Part shown: positions 37,458 to 46,637 of the stretch, piece by piece | How the letters are laid out: the number at the start of each line of letters is the position of its first letter | Position numbering within the stretch: position 1 is the stretch's first letter | Assembly (NCBI GenBank): GCA_029250665.1 | Contig: JAQXEV010000053.1 | Location: 1-47,861 of the forward strand | Length of the DNA: 47,861 nt | Source of the DNA: Candidatus Thalassarchaeaceae archaeon | GTDB lineage: Archaea; Thermoplasmatota; Poseidoniia; Poseidoniales; Thalassarchaeaceae | Direction: 5' to 3' | Position numbers and translations under genes: made by a program | Notes under the pieces: model-generated | What the model was told of the DNA's origin: nothing | Databases searched by the model: none | What the model saw: the letters and a program-made list of their open reading frames with translations, nothing else

Positions 37458-38972
37458 ATGGAGCGAAGGCTGGAGCTGAACCAAATCCTCTTCCTCGCCT
37501 TCCTCGCTTGGATTGCGATGAGGGATTTTGCTCCCCTCTGGGTCGTTGGCATCATCGCCGCGTGGTACTTTGGCCTCGTGTACCTCGAACAGAATGGAAC
37601 CTTGGATCGATGGAACGCGACGCGGGTCCTCGGAATGATCCTGATGGTTCGGACCGGTCGAGGCAAGGTTGCGTTGGAAAAAATGGCTCGCCCTCGCCGC
37701 TTTTGGAGGGCTTATGGCGAGTTCTCAATCTGGCTGTGTTTCATTGTCATGCTGGGTGTGATTCTGTTGATTGTTACTGCTGCTTTGGCGACTGCTGCTG
37801 CCCCTTCAGAACAGAATGTGTTGCCGGCTTCCGACCTTCTTTTGATTCCGGGAGTGACGAGTTTCGTGCCATTTTGGTGGCCAGTTATTGCACTGGTAAT
37901 CGCTCTAATCATTCACGAGTATAGTCATGGATTGCAGGCTCGCGCGCACGGGATGCAGGTTCGTTCCTTCGGACTCCTCTTGGTTGGTCCGTTGCCTATG
38001 GGCGCTTTTGCTGAGCCGGAATATGAGGAAATGATGCGGGCTCCTCGCCGCGAGAGGTTACGACTCTATGCAGCTGGACCTTCGATCAATCTGATTGCGA
38101 CTTTTGTGGTTCTGATTTTGCTATCGGCGACTGCTACAGGATTTGCTGCCGGGAAGCCCGGTGTCCATGCCTCAGCGATTATCGAAGAAACAGGGGCAGA
38201 AGATGCTGGTTTGATGCCCTATGAGACAATCACTCACATCGGTGAAGAGAGGATTAACGATTACAATGAATTCACCGATGCGATGGGTGTTTATTCATCA
38301 GGTGAAACAGCGGAATTCACCGTAGTCTCATCTGCCGCTCACGGTGAAGCAGAGACTCGAATTATTGAGATCACTTTCACAGACCGCTGGCAGTATCACA
38401 TAGACCAATGTGAGAAGGACCCAAACTGTGTTCAATCTGAGTTGGAAGAGCAATTGGCTGAGATAGGAATCGAGCAAGGTGATGCATTCGTTGGAGTCAG
38501 TAACCTTCGCTCAAACACCGCAGCTGTCGAAGGCTGGTCATTCGTATTTGATGACCAATTTACCCCTGCTCAGAAGAGTCTCGGTCTATTGATTACACCA
38601 TTGGTTTTGCTGGGTACTCCTATTGCCCTCGATGGACATACGATGCCACTCGAACAACGAGCCATGTTGACCGCTGGAGACGGCCTGATTGCCTCCACCC
38701 TCGGCACAGACGGTATGCTTGCCACCTTCGATTTCCTATTCTGGTTGGCCTGGATTAACTTCATTCTCGGATTCGCCAATCTGATTCCGATGATTCCATT
38801 CGATGGTGGCCACATGTTTCGAGATGCAGCTCACTCGACTATGCGATTCGTAATGCGAGGAGCTGACCCAATTCGCATAGAGGGAGCTGCTAATCGATTG
38901 AGTTCGATGAGCAGTCTATTCGTTCTCTTCATCGTCGCGATTCCGATTATTCTACCGCGACTCGTCGCCTGA
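37458..38972 (+). CDS. site-2 protease family (M50) intramembrane metalloprotease with a PDZ-like insert
   Basis: HEYSHGLQARAHG (HExxH) and NLIPMIPFDGGH (the NxxPxxxxDG motif). The ATG at 37458 (MERRLELNQILFLAF...) is preferred; the upstream part of ORF 37260.. is Arg/Ser-rich and antisense to another ORF. Confidence 0.85.
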   Translation: MERRLELNQILFLAFLAWIAMRDFAPLWVVGIIAAWYFGLVYLEQNGTLDRWNATRVLGMILMVRTGRGKVALEKMARPRRFWRAYGEFSIWLCFIVMLGVILLIVTAALATAAAPSEQNVLPASDLLLIPGVTSFVPFWWPVIALVIALIIHEYSHGLQARAHGMQVRSFGLLLVGPLPMGAFAEPEYEEMMRAPRRERLRLYAAGPSINLIATFVVLILLSATATGFAAGKPGVHASAIIEETGAEDAGLMPYETITHIGEERINDYNEFTDAMGVYSSGETAEFTVVSSAAHGEAETRIIEITFTDRWQYHIDQCEKDPNCVQSELEEQLAEIGIEQGDAFVGVSNLRSNTAAVEGWSFVFDDQFTPAQKSLGLLITPLVLLGTPIALDGHTMPLEQRAMLTAGDGLIASTLGTDGMLATFDFLFWLAWINFILGFANLIPMIPFDGGHMFRDAAHSTMRFVMRGADPIRIEGAANRLSSMSSLFVLFIVAIPIILPRLVA

Positions 38973-38996
38973 GAAGAGCGGACGGATAGAGCGAAT

Positions 38997-39830
38997 TCAT
39001 TCTTCTTCTGAGGCAGCCTCAGAGGCCTCGGAATCATTCGATTCTTCGTCCTCATCCTTCGAAGTCAATCGATCTGTAATCATCTCAATTATGACTGGGG
39101 CAGAGATGATGATAGCGACCAGCACAGCGAGATTGCCCCATGTATTGCCGGTAACTTGCCCCGCGGTGCCGCTGGCGTAGAGTTTGACTGCGCCGACCCA
39201 CGGAATCTCAAGAGAGGCAACGCCCATTATCCACTCATCCTTGATTGCGGTTACCAATTCACCATTCTCGTCGGTGAGTGATTGTTGATCGTATTGACAG
39301 CCATTGCTCCATCGATTATCGCCAGTCGTGATATATCCCTCGTGGGTGATAATTGACAAGTCGATTTTCAGCTTTGAGTTCCCATGAAAGCAATCGTATT
39401 CGAGTTCCACAAAGCCTGATTCCGCCCCAACTACGTCTGTTCCAGGCACATCCCAGCCGCCATTTGGATTAGCAATCGCTTGTAGCAAAGCACGGTGAAT
39501 GACTGGAGTGTCGGAGCCTCCGTTCTTTCGGAAGATGATGACGTCTCCGGGCATCCCGTGAGTCTCGTAACCCTCGTGCTCGCCACCAGTTTCAGTGGCC
39601 TCTGCAAAGGTGATGATGTCGTGGCGGTCGGGGCTCATGACGAGGACGAGATCGCCAGGGTCGATTGCTCCGACGGAGCCGTGCTCATTGTCATGCATCA
39701 TCGAGCCTGATTCGACGACGACCATTGGTGGGTAGGAGCCAGTTGCAATGGTCATCGAGCCGAGCAGAAGGATGACGAGTCCGATTGCGAGGCTCGCCTC
39801 ACGTTTCAGAACGTGAAGGTCCAACCTCAT
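38997..39830 (-). CDS. archaeal/eukaryotic-type signal peptidase I (S26B, Sec11-like)
   Basis: N-terminal TM, then VVVESGSMMH (Ser nucleophile box), GDVIIFRKN...VIHRAL and TTGDNRWSN (GDN box). C-terminal TM plus an acidic tail. ATGA overlap with the upstream gene. Confidence 0.85.
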   Translation of the reverse strand: MRLDLHVLKREASLAIGLVILLLGSMTIATGSYPPMVVVESGSMMHDNEHGSVGAIDPGDLVLVMSPDRHDIITFAEATETGGEHEGYETHGMPGDVIIFRKNGGSDTPVIHRALLQAIANPNGGWDVPGTDVVGAESGFVELEYDCFHGNSKLKIDLSIITHEGYITTGDNRWSNGCQYDQQSLTDENGELVTAIKDEWIMGVASLEIPWVGAVKLYASGTAGQVTGNTWGNLAVLVAIIISAPVIIEMITDRLTSKDEDEESNDSEASEAASEEE

Positions 39831-40762
39831 TCCTCCTCGGATACCGAGGAATCCTTCGCTGATTTGCTGCGGCGACTCCTTGACGAAATATTGACGCCGG
39901 CTGGCGTAGTGAGGTATAGCAAAACGAGGGAAGTGGTTGCCAGAAGGATTCCAACGCCATCAAAGTGGGGCGCAAGGGCGTGAATCGAATCATCGCGAGC
40001 GATCCACAGTGTGAGATCGACTGTATATTCGCGAGCGCCACCGCCCTGTGTGGCGAAGCCAGCGACCATATTGTAGAGAAACATTGCAGCACTAAATCCG
40101 CTGAGGCCAAGCACGGCGCGATTGGATTCGGCCTGGCGAAGCGACTTGGCACCGGGTAATTGCCGAGAGAGACGGGAATCATTGGTATTCCACCAAGCCG
40201 AGAGATACGACTGACCTCCATTTACGTCCAAGTCGACATTAATCTCGTCCCACGGCTCGGCGGAGTCGAAATCTGCATCCTTAGACTTGGCAGCCTCTGC
40301 CGAACTGCCCGCAGGTCGGATATGCCTGAAGCGGGTGCTGACCTTGATGCCCATCTCATTGTACAGGCGCACGAGTTGCGCCTGATATCCAGGTCCGAGC
40401 ATATCAGCTGCGTTTTCCGCCTCCTTGCGTAGGCGCAGAATCTCGGGCCGATTGTCCATCTGCAGAATTTCATCAAGATTCGCCTTCTGACCCATGTAAA
40501 CAAAGAATTCAGGAACCATCCAGAATGCTATCAAACCGCCGAAAATCAATCCAGCCCAGCTCCATGGGACCCATTCGGCCTTCGTAGGATCGGTTGTCCC
40601 ATCGAGAATGAAGAGGAATAGAATACCCCAGATGGTCGCAGCCATCGAGAGTATGGTCACCCATGAAATGATGCGGAAATGGTTGTCTTTGTGACCGGCC
40701 CACCAACGCCCAAGAGCGGAATTTAGTCGCTTGAGGGGACCTGCCATCGCGGCTCGGGTCAT
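39827..40762 (-). CDS. hypothetical membrane protein (311 aa), translationally coupled to the signal peptidase gene
   Basis: Several TM segments (ISWVTILSMAATIWGILFLFIL, WAGLIFGGLIAFWMV, LGLSGFSAAMFLYNMV, GILLATTSLVLLYL). I recognise no homology. Confidence 0.7.
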   Translation of the reverse strand: MTRAAMAGPLKRLNSALGRWWAGHKDNHFRIISWVTILSMAATIWGILFLFILDGTTDPTKAEWVPWSWAGLIFGGLIAFWMVPEFFVYMGQKANLDEILQMDNRPEILRLRKEAENAADMLGPGYQAQLVRLYNEMGIKVSTRFRHIRPAGSSAEAAKSKDADFDSAEPWDEINVDLDVNGGQSYLSAWWNTNDSRLSRQLPGAKSLRQAESNRAVLGLSGFSAAMFLYNMVAGFATQGGGAREYTVDLTLWIARDDSIHALAPHFDGVGILLATTSLVLLYLTTPAGVNISSRSRRSKSAKDSSVSEEE

Positions 40763-40915
40763 GCTCCTGAGATATGTCCCTTATCGCGTGACGTTCAATG
40801 GATTCATGTCCGAATCTGTGAATGATTACGATAAGTTGCTTGCCAGACACTCCAATGTAGGGGGTCTTGATGATGACCCATTGGTTCATGTTGGGTGGAC
40901 TTGGCGACATGGTCG

Positions 40916-43900
40916 ATGTCCACCGCTGGGGGTGATTCCGGAGCCCTCGACTTGCTGCACCCGCGCGTGCGGGAATTGGTAGATGAGCGTGGGTGGAAAT
41001 TGACTCCTGTTCAAGAAGCTGCTACTGCGGATTTGGTTGCGGGCCGCGACAGAATTCTGGTCGCACCGACTGGAAGTGGGAAGACCGAGGCGGCGGTTTT
41101 ACCGCTCGCCTCGAGGGCGCTTGCGGAGGAATGGGATGGCTTGTCGATTCTCTACATAACTCCGCTGCGGGCGTTGAATCGCGATATTGACCGGAGGTTG
41201 GCCAAACTACTCGAGCCATTGGGGCTAAGTGTTGGACTGCGCCATGGTGATACAAGCCAGAAAGAGCGAACTAAGCAGTCAAAAAAGCCACCTAACCTGT
41301 TGGTAACAACTCCCGAAACTGCGCAAATAATGCTACTCGGGAGCCGATTACGTGAGCACTTGGCCGGTGTAAAGGCAGTGGTTCTCGATGAGGTTCACGA
41401 CATGGCAGCAAGTGAGCGGGGAGCACAATTGCTAATCGGACTTGAGAGGATTTCCGGTCTGGAAAACGCCAGTGGTAGATTCCAACGAATTGGATTGTCG
41501 GCGACCGTCGGCAACCCTGCCGAGGTCGCGAGATGGATGTCAGCCGATGCAGAGCCAATCTTTGGTCCAGCGCCTCGCACCACGAAAGTGACAGTACATC
41601 GAGAGACACCCACACCTGAGGACGAATTATTGGCGGGCGAATGGAGTATTTCGCCAAAGTCAATCGCCGCCTTCAGACACCTCGCCCACACCCTGATCGA
41701 AGACCCGCCATCGTTGGTCTTCGTCAATTCACGCTCGGCTGCTGAAACCGTGGCACAGCGGCTTTCTGCCATCGTACCTGAAATTGAGGTTGGAGTCCAT
41801 CACGGTAGCCTAGCTGCCGAAACTCGCCGAGAAATGGAAGAGGCTCTACGCGCTGGGGAGTTGCACGGTCTAATCTGCACCTCAAGCCTCGAACTTGGCA
41901 TCGATATTGGTACCATTCGGAGAGTCCACCAATTGAACAGCCCACGCGCAGTCGATAGGATGCTACAGCGCGTCGGTCGCGCCGAGCACCACCTCGGTGG
42001 AACCGGACGCGGCGATGTCCTTGCATGGGAAGTCGACGACATCGCTGAGTGCGCAGTAATCGCACGACGCGCAATGGCCGGAGAACTCGAGGGAGTCGAG
42101 TGGCGATATGAACCGGCCATCGTCGCCGCAAATCAATTCCTCCAAATGGCAGCTGAGAGAAGTGTCGTACCACTATCTCAAGCAACCGAATTGCTCAAAC
42201 GTTCGACTATTTTTCCAAATTGGAAGGAAGAGGATACCCTCGCAGTGTTACGAATTCTCGATGACCGTTGGCTGATTAGACTGATTGACAAACCTCGCCA
42301 ATCCGACACTACACTTTGGCACCCCAAGCTCTGGAAAGGGGTCGCGAAGAAGGCAAATGCAGACGCGATACCCGCCGACCTCGTTCCTGAAGAACGTCCA
42401 CCATGGGACGAGAAACACTCCGACGGAGATAAATCAAGATGGCGTCGAGCCATGGTACCGCACCTCCCTGAAACCCTCACCGAAGGTTGGTTTTCACCCG
42501 CGGGTAAACTCGGTCGAAACCGCACTGACCACATCTCGATGATTCCCGATGAGATATCCTACCGAGTCAGAGACGCAGTCACACGCCGCTCTCTCGGATC
42601 AGTCGACGAGGCCTTCGTTCTCTCACTCTCGAATACCGGACAAGACGACGCCGGCCGGCCGCGAAGATTCGTCATGGCCGGTCGGACCTGGATGATAGTC
42701 GACGCAGACCCAGAGCAGAATGAGTTGCTCGTCGCTCCGGTCAAGGATACTGGAGAAGCACCGGTGTGGTCTGGAGAACTGCCACCTGTGCCGATCGAGG
42801 TGGCTCTGGAAGTTGGCCGATTGCGCCGCAGTGCAGCAGTTGCAATCGGTGCACTTGAGGCAGAATCCAATGACCTCGACTACGATGAATACCCTCTTTC
42901 AAACGAAGCAAGAACAGACCTTCTCAACACAGTCGCTCAGCATCTCGACGCCACAGAACACCTACCTACCGACACAACGCTGACCGTCGAGATACGAGAG
43001 AAAGTAATCGTGTTGAATACCTGCCGAGGAAGCAGAATCAATGAGACCCTCGCGCATTTCATACAAGCCATGGGATCGATGCTTGAAGGGAAGATGGGAA
43101 CGACATTGATCGACCCCTATCGCATCGCCTTCCGAGTTCCAGGGACCACAGTTGGTCACATCATCGAATGGCTCACTAAGACCTCCCCAGAAGCCCTCGA
43201 AACCATTCTACGCATGACCATCCCCAACGGTCGTGCCTTGCGCTGGCGCATCGTTCAAGTAGCCCGAAAAATGGGTGTTCTAGAGAAGGCAGTCGATCCT
43301 CGCCGGGTAAATCTGCAGGGTCTGATGCAGCGCTACCGAGGAACGCCAGTGGTCGAGGAAGCGCTGTCAAAACTCTTCCATGAAAGGATGGACATCGAAG
43401 GCACGATGGATCTCATCCGCGAAATTCAATCAGGCAAGGTCGAAGTCATCCACACGGCCAGCGGACCTCTCGGCCTCTCACCAAAGTCCGAGCGTGATCT
43501 GCTTCTCCCTGCCTGGTCTGACGCACAGCTTCGCGAGCGTTTGGAAACACGACTTGTAGCAGAGCGAGCAGTACTAATCTGTCTCAATTGTCAAGAGAAG
43601 ACGAGAAAGCGCGTCGGGAGAATGGAGGATCGCATCGAGCCATGCCCAAAGTGCAGCGGCACGATGCGAGCGTGCGCGCCAGAACGCATGGAATCCATGC
43701 TCGCTGGCTGGATTGCCAGCGAAGACCCAAAAGAACGCGCACGCATGAAAAAGAATGCTGAACTCATCCGAACCCATGGCCACGATGCTGTACTGGCCTT
43801 GATGGGCAGAGGAGTAGGGGAGGAAACCGCAACGAGGCTGTTACGAGGTCATACCCGAGGTAACCGAGTCAAACTACTGCGAGCTATCCACAACGCCGAG

Positions 43901-43936
43901 CTGCAATATGCCAGAACACGCCGTTATTGGAGTTAG
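40916..43936 (+). CDS. lhr: Lhr-type large superfamily-2 DEAD/DEAH helicase
   Basis: LVAPTGSGKTEAAVLPL (motif I), VLDEVHDMA (DEVH), LSATVGNP (motif III), LQRVGRAEH (motif VI). A long C-terminal region carries the Cys4 ribbon CLNCQ...CPKCSG. The start is either the ATG at 40916 or the GTG at 40895. Confidence 0.88.
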   Translation: MSTAGGDSGALDLLHPRVRELVDERGWKLTPVQEAATADLVAGRDRILVAPTGSGKTEAAVLPLASRALAEEWDGLSILYITPLRALNRDIDRRLAKLLEPLGLSVGLRHGDTSQKERTKQSKKPPNLLVTTPETAQIMLLGSRLREHLAGVKAVVLDEVHDMAASERGAQLLIGLERISGLENASGRFQRIGLSATVGNPAEVARWMSADAEPIFGPAPRTTKVTVHRETPTPEDELLAGEWSISPKSIAAFRHLAHTLIEDPPSLVFVNSRSAAETVAQRLSAIVPEIEVGVHHGSLAAETRREMEEALRAGELHGLICTSSLELGIDIGTIRRVHQLNSPRAVDRMLQRVGRAEHHLGGTGRGDVLAWEVDDIAECAVIARRAMAGELEGVEWRYEPAIVAANQFLQMAAERSVVPLSQATELLKRSTIFPNWKEEDTLAVLRILDDRWLIRLIDKPRQSDTTLWHPKLWKGVAKKANADAIPADLVPEERPPWDEKHSDGDKSRWRRAMVPHLPETLTEGWFSPAGKLGRNRTDHISMIPDEISYRVRDAVTRRSLGSVDEAFVLSLSNTGQDDAGRPRRFVMAGRTWMIVDADPEQNELLVAPVKDTGEAPVWSGELPPVPIEVALEVGRLRRSAAVAIGALEAESNDLDYDEYPLSNEARTDLLNTVAQHLDATEHLPTDTTLTVEIREKVIVLNTCRGSRINETLAHFIQAMGSMLEGKMGTTLIDPYRIAFRVPGTTVGHIIEWLTKTSPEALETILRMTIPNGRALRWRIVQVARKMGVLEKAVDPRRVNLQGLMQRYRGTPVVEEALSKLFHERMDIEGTMDLIREIQSGKVEVIHTASGPLGLSPKSERDLLLPAWSDAQLRERLETRLVAERAVLICLNCQEKTRKRVGRMEDRIEPCPKCSGTMRACAPERMESMLAGWIASEDPKERARMKKNAELIRTHGHDAVLALMGRGVGEETATRLLRGHTRGNRVKLLRAIHNAELQYARTRRYWS

Positions 43937-43970
43937 AAACCGATATGGAACGCCAACCTATCGGAGGGTT

Positions 43971-44516
43971 GTGCTGATAGGACTGACCGGCCGCTATGCC
44001 TCGGGTAAATCTACAGTTGTGGCTTGGCTTGTTTCCAAGGGATTAGGCAGCGAATCCTGCTCTGATTCTATTCGTGCTCATCTCAAAGAGAAAGGAATCG
44101 AAGAATCTCGAGAGAACTTAATCGAAGGTGGGAATGAATTACGCCGAATCGGTGGAACGGGAATCCTCGCTGAAATGTTACTCGAGAGAATAGACGGTGG
44201 GAATGCTGTCATCGATTCAATTCGGACACCTGGTGAAGTCAGAGCCCTACGACAGCGTGAGGATTTCATTCTAATCGAAGTTCGAGCGGGAATGGAAGCA
44301 CGCTGGCAAAGAGCACAGTCCCGCGCAAGAACTGGGGATATTTCTGACAAAGAGACCTTCTTCGCAAATGAAGAGGTAGAGGCAGTTGCCAAGGATGAAT
44401 CTGGGCAGGACCTGAACGCAACCGCAACACTGGCGGACCTAATTTTGGTGAACGATGGAAGTTTAGAGCAGTTACACGCTGATCTCGAGGAACTCTGGGT
44501 TCTCTTACCTGAGTAA
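43971..44516 (+). CDS. P-loop nucleotide kinase, CoaE/dNMP-kinase-like
   Basis: (M)LIGLTGRYASGKSTV Walker A at the very N-terminus if the GTG at 43971 is used (GGAGGG just upstream). The ORF is also open from the ATG at 43908, which would overlap lhr by 29 nt. Confidence 0.7.
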   Translation: MLIGLTGRYASGKSTVVAWLVSKGLGSESCSDSIRAHLKEKGIEESRENLIEGGNELRRIGGTGILAEMLLERIDGGNAVIDSIRTPGEVRALRQREDFILIEVRAGMEARWQRAQSRARTGDISDKETFFANEEVEAVAKDESGQDLNATATLADLILVNDGSLEQLHADLEELWVLLPE

Positions 44517-44954
44517 TCAGGCTGAGCGATAGGATATACCTGATTCATTGAACATACTTGTGGCAATCTCAAAATCTTCCTGCCAGCGCTCGGGAATTTC
44601 TGAATCGGCCGGATAAACGACTTCGAGAACTCCGGCTTGTATTAGTGAGCGAGCACAACGCGAGCAAGGTGGCCAAGTGACGTACGCAGTGCAACCCTTC
44701 AGTGAGATACCAATCCGCGCCGCGTGCATGATGGCATTCTCTTCAGCGTGGCAGATCATCGGATATTTCATCTCACGATTGTTCAGTCGCTCCGCCGTAT
44801 CTTCGATTCCACGCGGGAATCCGTTGAATCCTGTAGAGCGCACCTCGCGGTCCTCGCCAACCACGACGCATCCAACCTTCGTCGAGGGATCTTTTGACCA
44901 ATCAGAAATATGCTTGGCGAGACCAAGAAATCGTGTATCCCATTTCGCACTCAT
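44517..44954 (-). CDS. deoxycytidylate (dCMP) deaminase
   Basis: CHAEENAI (zinc His/Glu) and PCSRCARSLIQAG (PCxxC). 145 aa. Its stop abuts the stop of the convergent kinase gene. Confidence 0.9.
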   Translation of the reverse strand: MSAKWDTRFLGLAKHISDWSKDPSTKVGCVVVGEDREVRSTGFNGFPRGIEDTAERLNNREMKYPMICHAEENAIMHAARIGISLKGCTAYVTWPPCSRCARSLIQAGVLEVVYPADSEIPERWQEDFEIATSMFNESGISYRSA

Positions 44955-44963
44955 CAGTTCACC

Positions 44964-45287
44964 TCAGGGTCGACCGCCCGGTGGGTCGTTATCTCGATTC
45001 GCCTCTGAGCGGTTCGGATCATACCCCTCCCAGACTTCTGGATTCTTGTAGCAATCAGGATCATCTCGGTCGGCCTGACCACCTTTGTCATTATCGACTC
45101 CATCACCGCAGTTGCCCACCCCGCGTTCGCCATCGGACAAGAGCGCTTCTGGACCGCCTTTCATCATCACAGCAACCATCAATCCTGCAAGGACTAAGAT
45201 GAGGATGATTAGGATGACTTTGGAGCTCGTGTCTTTCGACTCGACGGTGACTTTTACTTCCACCTTGTCGTCGCTGTTGGAGGTCAT
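44964..45287 (-). CDS. hypothetical single-pass membrane-anchored protein with a Cys/Asp-rich CGDGVDND...DPDC motif
   Basis: The ATG at 45287 (MTSNSDDK...) is preferred over the TTG at 45326. TM segment VILIILILVLAGLMVAVMM, followed by NCGDGVDNDKGGQADRDDPDC. Confidence 0.55.
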   Translation of the reverse strand: MTSNSDDKVEVKVTVESKDTSSKVILIILILVLAGLMVAVMMKGGPEALLSDGERGVGNCGDGVDNDKGGQADRDDPDCYKNPEVWEGYDPNRSEANRDNDPPGGRP

Positions 45288-45322
45288 GCGTAGCACCCGA
45301 AGTGGGTCATCCCTTTTGACTC

Positions 45323-46531
45323 TCAATGAACGCTCAACTCATCACGAAGGTCGAGTCCATTGTTCTCACACCAATCCTTGAGGATGTCTCCAATGAGGTA
45401 AATACTGCCCATCACGACCAACTGCACACCGGCTTGTCGAGCCATTATTTGCGCCCACTCAAAGGCCCTAATTGGGTCGTCGATTAGGAGAGGTGGGTCG
45501 AGTCTGTTTGAGCAAATTGTATCGGCAAGATCCGCGGGTTCGATAGCGGGTAAACGACCCGACGTCGGCTTGCTCACGACGATGTGACGGAAAGTTGGAG
45601 AATGGTATAATTCCGAAGCTAAGGATGACGTCGCTTGCAGGATATCGTCCTTTTGCGACATCCCGATGAGTAAGACGCATGGTTCTTCGATTCGAGATAA
45701 TTCCGCGTCAAAACCCTCGTCATTGTGGGCCGCACTGAATTTTACATCATATTGCATATTGGTTGGTTTCCATCCTGGTGAACGCCCCGGCCATCTGCAC
45801 TCAGCTTGGTTGGGGCCCCAATTCATCAATAAGGAAACCATGAGGGATAATTCTCGCCAAGTTTCCCAAGGCGATTCGTATGGGTCCTTCTGATGTATGT
45901 AGAAATCATCGCCCGCAATCTCGGAGATGATAGCGGCTACTTCTGGGTCGTCCGACTCAAGAGCGATGAGCGGTACGCCGGGGCGATAAATGCCGGCTTT
46001 CTCACGAGCGATTTCGGACAGGGTCTCTCCGAGAACCTCGGTGTGATCTAGTGAAATCGTCGTGATGATGCATAGATCGGCATCGACGAGGCAAGTTGCA
46101 TCGCCTCGCCCACCGAGTCCCGTCTCAATGATGGCGCGATCAATTCCGGCTTCAGCAAAATGCAGCATAGCGGCGATGAAAGTAACCTCGTAGAATGTCG
46201 GTTCGAGAAGATCTCCTTCACTCGCCGCTGCCTGAATCACCTCGACATGTCTGTCGAAGTCGGCCGAGTCTATCGGTCGACCATCGACTCTGATTCGCTC
46301 TTCGACCATGACGAGGTGTGGTGTTGTGAACAAGCCAACGCGTAGACCCGATGCTGCTGCGTTGGCCGAAAGTTGGACGCAGAGAGAACCCTTGCCATTG
46401 GTTCCTGCGACATGAATTGAAGGAAATTTGAGCTGAGGGTCCCCGAGGTGCTCGAGTAGCGATTCGACCCGCTCGAGGCCTAACTTCATCCCTGCGAATC
46501 GAAGGTCGTCGAGCCATTCTCGTGCATTCAT
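45323..46531 (-). CDS. folC: folylpolyglutamate synthase / dihydrofolate synthase (Mur ligase family)
   Basis: IHVAGTNGKGS P-loop, TPHLVMVEERI, ETGLGGRGDAT, ISLDHTEVLG. Confidence 0.9.
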   Translation of the reverse strand: MNAREWLDDLRFAGMKLGLERVESLLEHLGDPQLKFPSIHVAGTNGKGSLCVQLSANAAASGLRVGLFTTPHLVMVEERIRVDGRPIDSADFDRHVEVIQAAASEGDLLEPTFYEVTFIAAMLHFAEAGIDRAIIETGLGGRGDATCLVDADLCIITTISLDHTEVLGETLSEIAREKAGIYRPGVPLIALESDDPEVAAIISEIAGDDFYIHQKDPYESPWETWRELSLMVSLLMNWGPNQAECRWPGRSPGWKPTNMQYDVKFSAAHNDEGFDAELSRIEEPCVLLIGMSQKDDILQATSSLASELYHSPTFRHIVVSKPTSGRLPAIEPADLADTICSNRLDPPLLIDDPIRAFEWAQIMARQAGVQLVVMGSIYLIGDILKDWCENNGLDLRDELSVH

Positions 46532-46637
46532 TGTCTCACCTCAGCCGCCGGTTACAGCAGTGCAGGAACGGGTCAATGTGATATGGTCCTTGAAGTTCGT
46601 GGAGGGTGTGTCCGCTGAAAGTGAAAGTGTCATCGAC

